Below are positions 38,022 to 47,471 of a stretch of 64,000 bases of DNA, piece after piece; the stretch's first letter is position 1; the number at the start of each line of letters is the position of its first letter. The notes under the pieces were generated by a model. It saw only the letters and a list, made by a program, of their open reading frames with translations, was not told the origin of the DNA and did not search any database. Source of the DNA: a virus. The translations under genes and the position numbers were made by a program. The stretch spans positions 1 to 64,000 of the IMG/VR virus record IMGVR_UViG_3300028840_005080; one strand, 5' to 3'.

Positions 38022-39383
38022 TTAACATTCTGTTGATTCTATTTCACCTATCCTTTGACCAAACTTCATAACCGTATCATAAAACCATCCCTGTGTAAAT
38101 ATCACAGGAGTCCAAATAGTATTTTTCTTTTCCGAAATTGAGTTTTCCATCATATCTATCAATTCCGGAAGTGTTGTTATTTCTCCGATAAATTTGTTTT
38201 GGTTTTCTCTAATCCACTTTTCTGCAATAATTGAGCCCGACATAAGTATTTGTTCTTCCTTCAGACTCAATTTTCTTGGGAATCGCTTTTTTAATTCACC
38301 ATAAACTTTTTCATTGTGTTTTGGAAGTTTTTTAGCAAATTTAAATTCCAGATCTCTGTAATCCGTATCTTTTATTTCGATAAACCAGCAATCTTTTTTT
38401 AATTTTATCGGATTTTTTGATTCTTTCGCTTTGTTTTTTACATAATTATTCCAGCCATTTAAAAAATCACATAAACTTACTCTATGGCCTATTGCTTGTT
38501 TGGATAAAATCAGCATATCTTTGTTTTGCCATAAACGATCATACTTTTCAATTGATTTTTTAATTATGGCTGAATCTGCGTCTTTTTCCAGTAAATTTAT
38601 TAATACTTGTATTGAATTATTATAAACTTTTGATCCTTCTCTGTGGGATATTAAATTTGATTTGCTGTTCCAATAATCCATGATTTCTTTTGATTTGTTA
38701 TAAAATTTGTTTTGTTCTGTTTTGGATAAATTTTTATTTGATTCTGAATTTATAACAGATTTATCAAAAACGGAATCTGTTGCTTTTGATTTATCAAAAA
38801 GCATGTTATTATTATTAATAACATTTTTTTTATGTTGATAATCTCTGTTGTTAATCTCTGTATTAGTGTTACGAAAATCTTCATGACCCTGGTACAAATT
38901 TTTGTAAGAGGGGGGTACTGTTTTTTGTAAGAGGGGGTGATTATATGTAAAATTTTCAATAGTTTCTGCAACCGGACAAATATACATAACATTATTCAAA
39001 ATAGTGTTATTATTTCGAATTGTTATTTTTCTGAATTCTCTTTTTATCAATCCGAGTAAAACAAGATTATCAATTGCTCTTTTAATTTGTCTTTTGCTTA
39101 AACCATAAAAATCAGCATAATCTTTATAGCTCTTTTGGAGCATATCGGCTTTGAATTTTGCTTTGTAATTTATTATATAGCCTGTTTTCTCGTCTCTTAT
39201 TTCTGTTGGGCGATACCAATAAACAACATCTGATAAAATATTTATTGCGAGAAGATCAGGCTTGCTTTTGCCCTTTTCTGTTTCCATTAATATCGTCTTA
39301 AACCAATTATGAGGAACAATATTTCCTGTTATGCCAAGTTTCATTATTTTTTCACATATTTCCCACGTTTGTTGTTTTTCCAT
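38022..39383 (-). CDS. Phage replication initiator (wHTH N-terminus; lambda O/DnaD-like architecture)
   Basis: GNIVPHNW...INILSDVVYWYRP...LQKSY...GLSKRQIKRAIDNL wHTH, low-complexity linker with repeats, then IMDYWNS domain. Confidence 0.8.
   Translation of the reverse strand: MEKQQTWEICEKIMKLGITGNIVPHNWFKTILMETEKGKSKPDLLAINILSDVVYWYRPTEIRDEKTGYIINYKAKFKADMLQKSYKDYADFYGLSKRQIKRAIDNLVLLGLIKREFRKITIRNNNTILNNVMYICPVAETIENFTYNHPLLQKTVPPSYKNLYQGHEDFRNTNTEINNRDYQHKKNVINNNNMLFDKSKATDSVFDKSVINSESNKNLSKTEQNKFYNKSKEIMDYWNSKSNLISHREGSKVYNNSIQVLINLLEKDADSAIIKKSIEKYDRLWQNKDMLILSKQAIGHRVSLCDFLNGWNNYVKNKAKESKNPIKLKKDCWFIEIKDTDYRDLEFKFAKKLPKHNEKVYGELKKRFPRKLSLKEEQILMSGSIIAEKWIRENQNKFIGEITTLPELIDMMENSISEKKNTIWTPVIFTQGWFYDTVMKFGQRIGEIESTEC
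38758..38937. repeat. Putative iterons / origin inside the initiator gene
   Basis: TTTTTGTAAGAGGGGG at 38899 and 38922; GATTTATCAAAAA at 38758 and 38788; AT-rich tract between the pairs. Confidence 0.6.
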
Positions 39384-39528
39384 TATTTGATTCTCCGTTT
39401 TTTTTAACTAACCAATCTGATATGAGTTTGTTTATAACGCGACTTTTGTTATGCAACCCTTTGTCACAATACTCATCAAATTGTTTTTTTACATTTTCAT
39501 CAATCGTATAGCTTACAGTTATTTTCAT
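39352..39528 (-). CDS. Ribbon-helix-helix (CopG/Arc-like) protein, 58 aa, not in the ORF track
   Basis: MKITVSYTIDENVKKQFDEYC...NKSRVINKLISDW; AAGGA RBS; overlaps the initiator start. Confidence 0.75.
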   Translation of the reverse strand: MKITVSYTIDENVKKQFDEYCDKGLHNKSRVINKLISDWLVKKNGESNNGKTTNVGNM

Positions 39529-39905
39529 TTCTTTCCTTTCACATTATTTATATTATATTATCATAAAAATAATTTATTAAAAAGTTAAAAATTACTTATC
39601 ATCAAACAAAAAAAACTCACATTTCTTCATTAGTTCATGTAAAAAAACAGAACAAAAAATCCAATTCTGACAATAAAGACTTTCCGGGTTATCCCAATAA
39701 GGGCAATTTTTACAGTGCTTTATTTTTGTGTTTGGTTTTGCTTCTGTCACGGTTTGTGCTTTCTTTGTCTATAATACGAAGATTGCAATCACATATTGGT
39801 TCAATTCATATTCCATCGATATATACCACTATGTTTCCACTCCCTTTGCGTTTTTGACAGGCTTTTTCTTCTTCTAGTAGAGGTATCGCCATTGTTTTTT
39901 CTCCT

Positions 39906-40461
39906 TTATCTCCATTGTTCCGCCATGGCTTTTGCTACTCCTGCATAAGTTTTACTCCTTTTCTTTCTTCTGTCATGGCTTGGTGGCATTTTCCATATTT
40001 TTTTGCTCTCTTCCCGATACGATTTTTGTAGGTTTTAGTTGTGGAAGCCTATTTATCCACAGACATGTGGCTTTTGTTTCTCCATGCCCGAATTGCCATG
40101 GTTGAATAATCTGATCAGGCTTTCTATAATGTGTTGACATAATTCCTATTGGATTTTCAATCATCCATTTGCAAGATAAATTCGTGAACATCAAAAAGAA
40201 ATCTATTGCTTCTTTTTGCCTACCGTCTTTTTGTTTCTCTTTAAACCATCTTGCTCCTGATGACGCAAGATGAGTACACGGCGGAAATGCCAAGACCATA
40301 TCCCATTTTTTCCAAAGTAAATTGGTTACATCATCTTGTATGTGCCATTCAGGATGATCACCACCACATTGTAAAATATCGCATGAAAAAGCACTATGTC
40401 CTTTTTTTCGAAATTCAATTGTAACAGCTTGACTTTCTTCACATGCAACTAAAATTTTCAT
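39906..40461 (-). pseudogene. Phage C5-cytosine-methyltransferase-like gene, frameshifted in an A7 run
   Basis: LVACEES, FPPCT, ENP, QPWQFGH; removing one A at 39998..40004 restores the tail KIWKMPPS...RSKTYAGVAKAMAEQW. Confidence 0.8.
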
Positions 40462-40674
40462 TTACCAATCCAACTCCTTTCCGCCCCTAAAAAATTTTAC
40501 AGCACGATTATAAAGCAAAGCCAAACATTTTTTATCACAGTTATCAATATCAATTTTGAGTTTTTTGGCTTCCGATTCCACAATTTTTTCTGTGATTTCC
40601 TCATTTGCCGGTTTTACAGTGATTCTATAATTTTTGTCTTTAACTGTTTCTTTTGTTTTATGACTTGTAAACAT
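40462..40674 (-). CDS. Hypothetical protein
   Basis: AAGGGG RBS; follows the structured leader. Confidence 0.55.
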   Translation of the reverse strand: MFTSHKTKETVKDKNYRITVKPANEEITEKIVESEAKKLKIDIDNCDKKCLALLYNRAVKFFRGGKELDW

Positions 40675-40703
40675 GTTATCCCCTTGTTTTAAAAAGAAGA
40701 GGA

Positions 40704-40843
40704 GCGCGGCATTTTTTTATCGATTGGCAGTCGAATACCGCGCGTTTTGGAGAGATTGGCAGAGGTATGAAAACTGTTTTGTTGTTGTAATTTTTTTTAT
40801 CCAACGCCAATTTCTCTCACTATAAAGATTGCCAGTCTTTATA
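40704..40843 (-). ncRNA. Three-hairpin leader with complementary loops and a terminator-like last hairpin
   Basis: TATAAAGA-CTGGCAA-TCTTTATA; GAGAGAAATTGGC...GCCAATCTCTC; GCGCGGTAT..TCGA-CTGCCAA-TCGA..ATGCCGCGC followed by a pyrimidine/T tract. Confidence 0.55.
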
Positions 40844-40853
40844 AGGAATTTTA

Positions 40854-41036
40854 TCATTCCTTCAAAAATCTGTCAAGTTTTGAACGAAGGAATTTTTGAT
40901 TGCCAACCAAAGATTTATTTTCTTTTTGGTTCTTATATTCAATCGACATAAAACATTTCAGGCAATAATTTTTATCTATTCCTGGGATTTCGTTCGTTGT
41001 ATCTTTACCACATATTTTGCATTTATTCATTTTCAC
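40854..41036 (-). CDS. Small Zn-finger protein
   Basis: CKIC...CLKC. Confidence 0.5.
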   Translation of the reverse strand: MKMNKCKICGKDTTNEIPGIDKNYCLKCFMSIEYKNQKENKSLVGNQKFLRSKLDRFLKE

Positions 41037-41464
41037 TCGTTTTCATCTCCCAACATTTCCGAGTTTCGTTTTTTTTGACTCCAACCCTTTTTTATGACCT
41101 CTGCAAGTTTATTTAATCCTTTTTGCGTATCGATATGATAGTGGAAAACCCCATTACGATATTCATCACTATACCATTCCTTCGGGCTTATCCCTCCGGC
41201 ATATCCTGCTACTCTTATTTCTTTTCCATATTCTTCATGTAGTTTTTCTGCCACTTTGAACGAGATAGGATTTGTTTTTGTCTCTGCTATCCAATAATAC
41301 CATGCCCGTCTGAATATCCATCCATTCAAGATTCCTCTGTTTTTCGTTTTGACCTCATAATTTGAAAACGAATCGGAAATAATCAAATCGATTTTTGCTT
41401 CTTTTAATTCCGAAAAAGTTGTTGAATCCGCTATCTTTTCTGTTACCCCTGCCAAATTAATCAT
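41033..41464 (-). CDS. Hypothetical phage protein
   Basis: AAGGAG RBS; aromatic-rich globular sequence (FRRAWYYW, YHIDT). Confidence 0.65.
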   Translation of the reverse strand: MINLAGVTEKIADSTTFSELKEAKIDLIISDSFSNYEVKTKNRGILNGWIFRRAWYYWIAETKTNPISFKVAEKLHEEYGKEIRVAGYAGGISPKEWYSDEYRNGVFHYHIDTQKGLNKLAEVIKKGWSQKKRNSEMLGDENE

Positions 41465-41554
41465 TTGTTATCTCCTTTGGCAATGAATTATTTTGTTTTC
41501 CATAATCAAAGCCTCCCTTACGTGGCTTCTGATATTAATAAAATGTTTAAAATT

Positions 41555-42096
41555 TTAATTTAAACTGTTGCATATCCAAACACATTCACCGACGATGTTC
41601 GAATCATCATCATAATATTTTGATAATTGATTATTTTCTATTCTTTTTCTAAATTCTTTTAAAGTTTCATCCTTAAAAATATGAACATCTTTTTTTAATT
41701 TTTATTTTTTTTTAAAAGCGATATTTCTGTAGACTTGTTCGATTCTTTTTGCTCTTTTGGATTCATTTTTATCAATACCAAAAATTAAAATATCTCCGTT
41801 TTTAACAAATTTTTGCAATCTTTCCGCTTTCAGAATTCGCGAACAGAAAGGCATTCTGTTATTTGCTATTGCTTTGTTGTCATAAAATAATTGCTCAGGA
41901 TTTCTGCCGTCATTATCTATTACTATTTTTTATGATACAAATCTTGTAAATCGTCCAAAAATCTATACAAATCAGGGTGCTCCCATTTTGTATCGTTAAA
42001 ATATAGAAGGACATTTTTGTTATATTTTTCTATTGCCCAATTTGCACAAAATGCTGATGCCTTGCCTCCGCTTAATGCGACAACAATTCTGTTCAT
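41555..42096 (-). pseudogene. PAPS-reductase-family (PP-loop) gene remnant, not in the ORF track
   Basis: MNRIVVALSGGKASA...FNDTKWEHPDLYRFL, frameshift at an A6 run (~41926), NNRMPFCSRILKAE...FGI, in-frame stop, then KDETLKEFR...ECVWIC. Confidence 0.8.
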
Positions 42097-42953
42097 ATCA
42101 ACATACTCCTTTTGAATTCTTTTATTTGTTTTTTTGTCATGTTCCCCGGATCATCATAATCACAACAAAAAACTCGGTTATCTATAAATCCGTCTAATTG
42201 ACAACCCAAATTTATCGCCTGCTCTTCCGCTCCTTTTGCTTTCTTTTTTCTTCCATCAAAAATTATATACACAAATTCAAATTTTTTAACAATCAGATTT
42301 ATTTGTTCATTTGAAAGGGAATCTCCCAAAGCCGGAATAGTATCACTTTCGTCGAATCTCCAACAATCAATCAAACCTTCAACCAAAAAAACATATTCTG
42401 TTGTGATTTTTTCGATATTATAAAGATACTGATTCGCGCTATCAGATTTCACGTACGGGATTCTTTTTCTTGTACAATCCGCATAAATCCACTCACCACC
42501 GTAAATAGGAACAAAAATGCTGAATCGATTTTGTCCTATTTTTCCAGTGAATTTTATGTTATATTTTTCTATTAGTTTCCACACATTGAATCCTCTTGAT
42601 TTCAGATATTTTTTATGAATTTCAAGAGGTTCATCAAGCAGATCTTTCGGAAGTTTTGTTTTTATTTGTTTTGTTTTTTTATTACTATCTGAAAAATATT
42701 TGTCTTTTACCAACGAATCGGTTATTTCTTTGGCATTTTTCCACGAACATCTTTCAAAATGTTTTACAAGCTCTGTCAGGTTTGTTTTACACTGACATCT
42801 CCAACAATTTAAGCCGCCTGTTGGGGATATTCCAAGATGATTTGAACTATCTCCGCAAAAAGGACAGCGGATGTTTATCCAACCTTTTCTACCGACGTTT
42901 TTACCACCTGTTTTCGGAGACAGTCCGTGTTTGTTTAACCAATTTAGAAGCAT
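42093..42953 (-). CDS. DNA primase (Zn finger plus TOPRIM)
   Basis: CPFC...H...CWRC, YLKSRG, LVEGLID, IIFD and DPG. Confidence 0.88.
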   Translation of the reverse strand: MLLNWLNKHGLSPKTGGKNVGRKGWINIRCPFCGDSSNHLGISPTGGLNCWRCQCKTNLTELVKHFERCSWKNAKEITDSLVKDKYFSDSNKKTKQIKTKLPKDLLDEPLEIHKKYLKSRGFNVWKLIEKYNIKFTGKIGQNRFSIFVPIYGGEWIYADCTRKRIPYVKSDSANQYLYNIEKITTEYVFLVEGLIDCWRFDESDTIPALGDSLSNEQINLIVKKFEFVYIIFDGRKKKAKGAEEQAINLGCQLDGFIDNRVFCCDYDDPGNMTKKQIKEFKRSMLI

Positions 42954-43514
42954 TTAACAATCCCACTCACTATTGTCGAATCGTGAGTTTCCCAATTTAA
43001 ATGGGATCTCAAGATTGTTCATATCGATATAATGATTTATTTCGTCATTTTTGATATAAATGACTTTTGATCCGTCCCAATGAACAAGATCAGACGGATT
43101 GCCTCCTGAAATTTTAATACGAATCCATGTTTCTGTTATTGGAAATTCACCTATGACAACATACCAAGATCCGATTCTGCCAGCCGCACCATCCGCTCCG
43201 TATGCATAATCGAGTTCTTTAAACGGATTTGTTTTTAATTTTTTTATAGTCCCATTACCTCGCCTTGTATAACCTCCTTGACTTGACAAAATAAAAAAAT
43301 CAGCGGAATTGCCGGAATTAATTCTGCATTTCCCCGTTTTTGTTTGCCCTATTGAGAATGCAGAATTAATTCCTTTTTTTAATTCTATATATCCGGGAGT
43401 CGGGATGAAGACTTCTTTCCTTCCTCTTCCATATTCTCCGATATGGAATCCCCACAGTTTTCCAAATGACATTTCTTTTTCGTAACTTTCAATACTGAAA
43501 TTTGTAAAAATCAT
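42954..43514 (-). CDS. Hypothetical Gly-rich protein
   Basis: AAGGAG RBS; GEYGRGR, GGYTRRG and GADGAAGRIGSW segments. Confidence 0.65.
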   Translation of the reverse strand: MIFTNFSIESYEKEMSFGKLWGFHIGEYGRGRKEVFIPTPGYIELKKGINSAFSIGQTKTGKCRINSGNSADFFILSSQGGYTRRGNGTIKKLKTNPFKELDYAYGADGAAGRIGSWYVVIGEFPITETWIRIKISGGNPSDLVHWDGSKVIYIKNDEINHYIDMNNLEIPFKLGNSRFDNSEWDC

Positions 43515-43551
43515 TACTTTTCTCCTTGTTTATTTAGCCAATTGATGAGCA

Positions 43552-43896
43552 TTATTGATTTTTCTCGTTCATGACATATGAAAATGCCTGTCTTAGTTGC
43601 GCCAAGTCCATTTCGTCAATCATGGTCGTATAATCTCTGTATTTCGGATCGTTTTTCAAATGTTCCCTGGCTTTGTCCGGCGTCCAATAGACAAGCTCCC
43701 AGGCATCCAGGTTGTCGGCATTTTTAATATCGATTTCATGGTTTGTATCATTGGGATCAAGACCCGCATAAAATATGCCGTGCCTGAATTCTCCACGCCA
43801 AGTTTGGTTGCCCCACAGAGGACGAGGCGCATTGATGATTTTCCAATCCCTCGGAATTATTGCTGGTCTGCTGTCAATGATATGAATCTTTTTCAT
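43552..43896 (-). CDS. Hypothetical protein
   Basis: AAGGAG RBS; visibly more GC-rich than its neighbours. Confidence 0.6.
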   Translation of the reverse strand: MKKIHIIDSRPAIIPRDWKIINAPRPLWGNQTWRGEFRHGIFYAGLDPNDTNHEIDIKNADNLDAWELVYWTPDKAREHLKNDPKYRDYTTMIDEMDLAQLRQAFSYVMNEKNQ

Positions 43897-45773
43897 TACT
43901 TTTCTCCTTCGATAAGTTTTTGGATTAATGATTCTATAATATCGCTTTCTTTGAATTTTCCGTCAATAATTTTTTCCGTGATTTCTCTTTTGTAATCAAT
44001 AATTTCACACAGATATTCGTCAAGCGTGCCCTTTGCAACGAATACATAGATTGTTACCGGCCTTTCTTGTCCGATTCTTACCAATCTGTCACAACATTGA
44101 TCAAAATCAGCCGGAACAAAAGGAAGCTCCGTAAAACCTCCGTAACATGCTGATGTAAGCGTTATCCCCACTCCTGCTGCTGAAATACCTCCGACAAACA
44201 ATTTGATATCACCGTTATTCTGAAATTCTTCGACAATGTTCTGACGTTTTTTTACGTCAATATCGCCGTCAATTTTAACACTGTTTTTATGAGATTTCAT
44301 TAATTCAGAAATCGCTTTTTTGTGGTGAGCGAACATGACGAATTTTTCATTATTATTGTCGAAAAAATCAGTTAACCATTTTTTGACAACTTTCGCTTTT
44401 GCATCGCCCAATATTCTTCTTAATCTGAATATACAGGCTTTTTTCTTTTTGTTGTCGTATTTACTTATATTATCAACAATTCCACGGATTTCGGCTTTGT
44501 ACTTTGCCATGTCAGATGATTCAAGTTCAATTGGCATGATTTGGATTGTTTTTTGCGGAAGATCTTTTAACACATCTGTTTTTTTCATTCTGATCATGCA
44601 ATAATTAAGATATTCATTGAGTTCTTTCGCATTCGAAATTCCGTTATATTGCCACCCAAATCCGTTATGACGTGGATTACAATATCTGAATCTGAAATCA
44701 TATCTTGTGCTTGCTACGGAGGGTTTGACTTTGTTCAGAATCGACCACAATTCATCTGCCGAATTTCTGAACGGAGTACCTGTGAGCGGGATTATATGTT
44801 TTGCGATATCGCATAATTCCCGAACCGCTTTTGACTGATAAGTTTGCGAGTTTCCTATTTTGTGTGATTCGTCTATAATTAATATTTCTACTTTGTTGAA
44901 ATAATTTATCCATCCGGAGTGTTTTATTTCAACATTTTTTTTATGAATATTTCTGATAATATCATAATTGACTATATAGAATTCCGCTTCAGGATCAAGT
45001 TGATTATTTTCGTTCGGAAGGCCGCTTAAAACTTGGATTTTTTTTTCACCAAGCCACTTTTCAATTTCAGATTTCCAATTTAATTTCAGTGTGGCCGGAC
45101 AAACGATGACAACCGGTCTTTTTTCGAGATGATGTTGACAATACATAAGAGACACAAGAGTTTTACCAAGCCCCATGTCCATTGCCAGCATACACTTTCC
45201 GGCGTGGCTTTCGATAAAATTAAACGCATCCCATTGAAAGTTATACGGAATACCTTTTAATCCTGATATTTCTTTAATTCCCGGATCATCAAAATTAATT
45301 TCATGAAAATATTTTTTGCGAATCGAATCATCAATGTCAAACTCGAAATCAACAAGTTTTTTATAATTATTCAAAGTAAACGGAACATGCCATTTTTTAT
45401 CAGAATATTTTCTACCAGCCAAAGTTTTTACGAAACCAAGCGTGTTCCTGAAATTATCTCCCGAAAAAGATAATAAAATTTTATTATCTTTCATTATTGT
45501 TGTTTTTTCGTTTTCGGGAGGTTTTATTTGTTCAGCAGTTGTAGTTATCGGAGTGCATTCCGGATTAATCGAAAACAACCCTGATTTGCTCAATTTCGAG
45601 AGATTTTCATTTGTGGCGTCTATTATCCATGCTTTTCTATCCCAATCAAATTTACGGCCTTTCAGAGTCTTAATGAAGTCTTTTTTCTTAACATTGTATT
45701 TGAATGAAGCAATAAATTTATCTGTTTCCTGATTTATTTCATATTTGTATGATTTTTTAATTTTTTCTATCAT
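43896..45773 (-). CDS. SNF2-family (SMARCAL1/HARP-like) annealing helicase
   Basis: Two N-terminal HARP-like repeats (KTLxGRK...W), DMGLGKT, DESH, LTGTP, GVGITL and QCCDRLVRIGQ. Confidence 0.9.
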   Translation of the reverse strand: MIEKIKKSYKYEINQETDKFIASFKYNVKKKDFIKTLKGRKFDWDRKAWIIDATNENLSKLSKSGLFSINPECTPITTTAEQIKPPENEKTTIMKDNKILLSFSGDNFRNTLGFVKTLAGRKYSDKKWHVPFTLNNYKKLVDFEFDIDDSIRKKYFHEINFDDPGIKEISGLKGIPYNFQWDAFNFIESHAGKCMLAMDMGLGKTLVSLMYCQHHLEKRPVVIVCPATLKLNWKSEIEKWLGEKKIQVLSGLPNENNQLDPEAEFYIVNYDIIRNIHKKNVEIKHSGWINYFNKVEILIIDESHKIGNSQTYQSKAVRELCDIAKHIIPLTGTPFRNSADELWSILNKVKPSVASTRYDFRFRYCNPRHNGFGWQYNGISNAKELNEYLNYCMIRMKKTDVLKDLPQKTIQIMPIELESSDMAKYKAEIRGIVDNISKYDNKKKKACIFRLRRILGDAKAKVVKKWLTDFFDNNNEKFVMFAHHKKAISELMKSHKNSVKIDGDIDVKKRQNIVEEFQNNGDIKLFVGGISAAGVGITLTSACYGGFTELPFVPADFDQCCDRLVRIGQERPVTIYVFVAKGTLDEYLCEIIDYKREITEKIIDGKFKESDIIESLIQKLIEGEK

Positions 45774-45816
45774 TATCCAGCTCCTTTTCGGTATTATGGA
45801 TAGTTATTATTTTTTT

Positions 45817-46049
45817 GCGGGTTGTGTGTGTTCCTGTTATGTACATCAAAGCCATCAGGAACACACTTGGTTTACTGGGATGCCCGCATCACCCTTAGGA
45901 GTGCGGCTATTCTGTCAATTCTTGTCTGAGCTTACCGGCCGTTTTTATTCTGACTTGTCGGCCAGTTTTGAGATTTGTCCCATTCCATCCTCCGTAAATC
46001 GATTCGGAAGTTAATTTTACCGAATCGATTTTGTTCGAGACTTTTACGG
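45817..46049 (-). ncRNA. Candidate ~230-nt multi-hairpin non-coding RNA or regulatory leader
   Basis: 11-bp stem GTGTGTTCCTG/CAGGAACACAC, 12-bp stem AAATCGATTCGG/CCGAATCGATTT, plus CCGCA/TGCGG, GGCCG/CGGCC and CCGTAAA/TTTACGG; strand is assumed. Confidence 0.5.
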
Positions 46050-46082
46050 CGTATATTTTGCCGATTTTAACATCTTTCTTTT

Positions 46083-46841
46083 TCATACAAGCGCATCATA
46101 AACACGCCGCCCGTCTTCTGTGTTGAATTCGATTCCTCTTGGCGAACCTGCGGCTTTCGGATGACCGGCAAATTCTATACTGGCTACCGTTTTTCCGCCA
46201 AATGCATACTCCGAAAGCGGATTACAGTAGATTGATATTGATTTGTAATGTTTTCTATGAACAATCACGACATCAATGCCATCTTCATAAGCTCTGGAAG
46301 GATCGAGCGGATCGTTTGGACCGATAACCCAATATCCGACTGTTCCGTTCGAAGCAACATTACAATCAATATAGGCTTGCAAGCTGGCCATATTGGCTTT
46401 TCTGCCAATCTTGATGATTTTGTTTTCAGTGTGTTCCATCATTGTTTCAATGAGATGTGTAACTTCTTGCGGTTCGTCTTTGGGGAACGGGAATTTGAGA
46501 TCACGTGCCAATTGATTGACGCCCACCATATACAACAGAGTCAGATCAAACTTGTTGGAACATGCTGAGCTACCGTTCAAGTCAATTTTTTCCATTAGAT
46601 CGACATCGACATCCGGCAGTTCTTTTCCTGCCATTCGAAGCAACCCAATATATGTGTCAGCATCGATGTGAGTGATTTCTACCATATCATTTTCATCAAG
46701 TGTAGGAATCCGGTCATCATTGCATGGCGCGGGGTTTTCATGATGCACCCCGTGATGATCAAAATGATTCTGGCCATCTGCCAAACCTGATTCCAACGAA
46801 AAACTATTACCGCTTGCTTTTTTTATCAACATTACTTTCAT
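46083..46841 (-). CDS. DHH/DHHA1-like phosphoesterase with permuted motif order
   Basis: FDHH precedes THIDAD; C-terminal GHPKAAG. Confidence 0.55.
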   Translation of the reverse strand: MKVMLIKKASGNSFSLESGLADGQNHFDHHGVHHENPAPCNDDRIPTLDENDMVEITHIDADTYIGLLRMAGKELPDVDVDLMEKIDLNGSSACSNKFDLTLLYMVGVNQLARDLKFPFPKDEPQEVTHLIETMMEHTENKIIKIGRKANMASLQAYIDCNVASNGTVGYWVIGPNDPLDPSRAYEDGIDVVIVHRKHYKSISIYCNPLSEYAFGGKTVASIEFAGHPKAAGSPRGIEFNTEDGRRVYDALV

Positions 46842-46865
46842 TTTTAATTCCCTTTCTTTTTTTGG

Positions 46866-47135
46866 TTAAACGGCGCATCTGACTTTGACAGTCTTAGCGC
46901 CGCACTTTGGACAGATTCCACTTTTTTCCGGAGGGCCATCAATCTGTTCATGATAACCGCACATTAATTCGCGTGCCGCCCGAAGGTGCTTGCAATTACG
47001 GTGAAAATAAAACCCTTTGCAATTGCAGCGGGATCGCCCCCCAATACTGTTGATGTGACATTGCTCGTAACCGCCAATATGAGCGGTATTCCCATTTTTA
47101 CAAATTTCCATTGGAACCAAAATCAAATCTGGCAT
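46866..47135 (-). CDS. SWIM-type Zn-finger protein
   Basis: CNCKGF...CKH plus CPKC; start placed at MPDL. Confidence 0.65.
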   Translation of the reverse strand: MPDLILVPMEICKNGNTAHIGGYEQCHINSIGGRSRCNCKGFYFHRNCKHLRAARELMCGYHEQIDGPPEKSGICPKCGAKTVKVRCAV

Positions 47136-47458
47136 TACACTTTCCCTTTCAGAATCTTTCTTGCTGATTCCGGCCATTTCGTGTCGCACGACCAACCCGG
47201 AGTTTCGCTTTCCATCTTAAAGCAAGGAATTAATACCCCGTCAATATCCAGTTCAGGAACTGCCCACGTTGAAGATAAATATGTATAACTATCTTCAACG
47301 ATTTTATTGTCACGGAAAATGCAGCCACCTGTCCATTCCCAATCGTTCCTTAATCCGGCATTGCAAAAAACAGGTTTTTCTTTTGCGATTATTCTGGCTG
47401 CTTTATCCCAATCGAATACCATGAGTTCTTTCCCATAAAATGCATTGAAACTGTTCAT
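47135..47458 (-). CDS. Hypothetical phage protein
   Basis: AAGGAG RBS; VFDWDKAA...DWEWTGG...YLSSTWA. Confidence 0.65.
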   Translation of the reverse strand: MNSFNAFYGKELMVFDWDKAARIIAKEKPVFCNAGLRNDWEWTGGCIFRDNKIVEDSYTYLSSTWAVPELDIDGVLIPCFKMESETPGWSCDTKWPESARKILKGKV

Positions 47459-47471
47459 AATAATACACTCC

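Noticed and set aside
40053-40061. Perfect DnaA box TTATCCACA
   Set aside because: It is a single 9-mer inside a gene with no cluster, which is compatible with chance.
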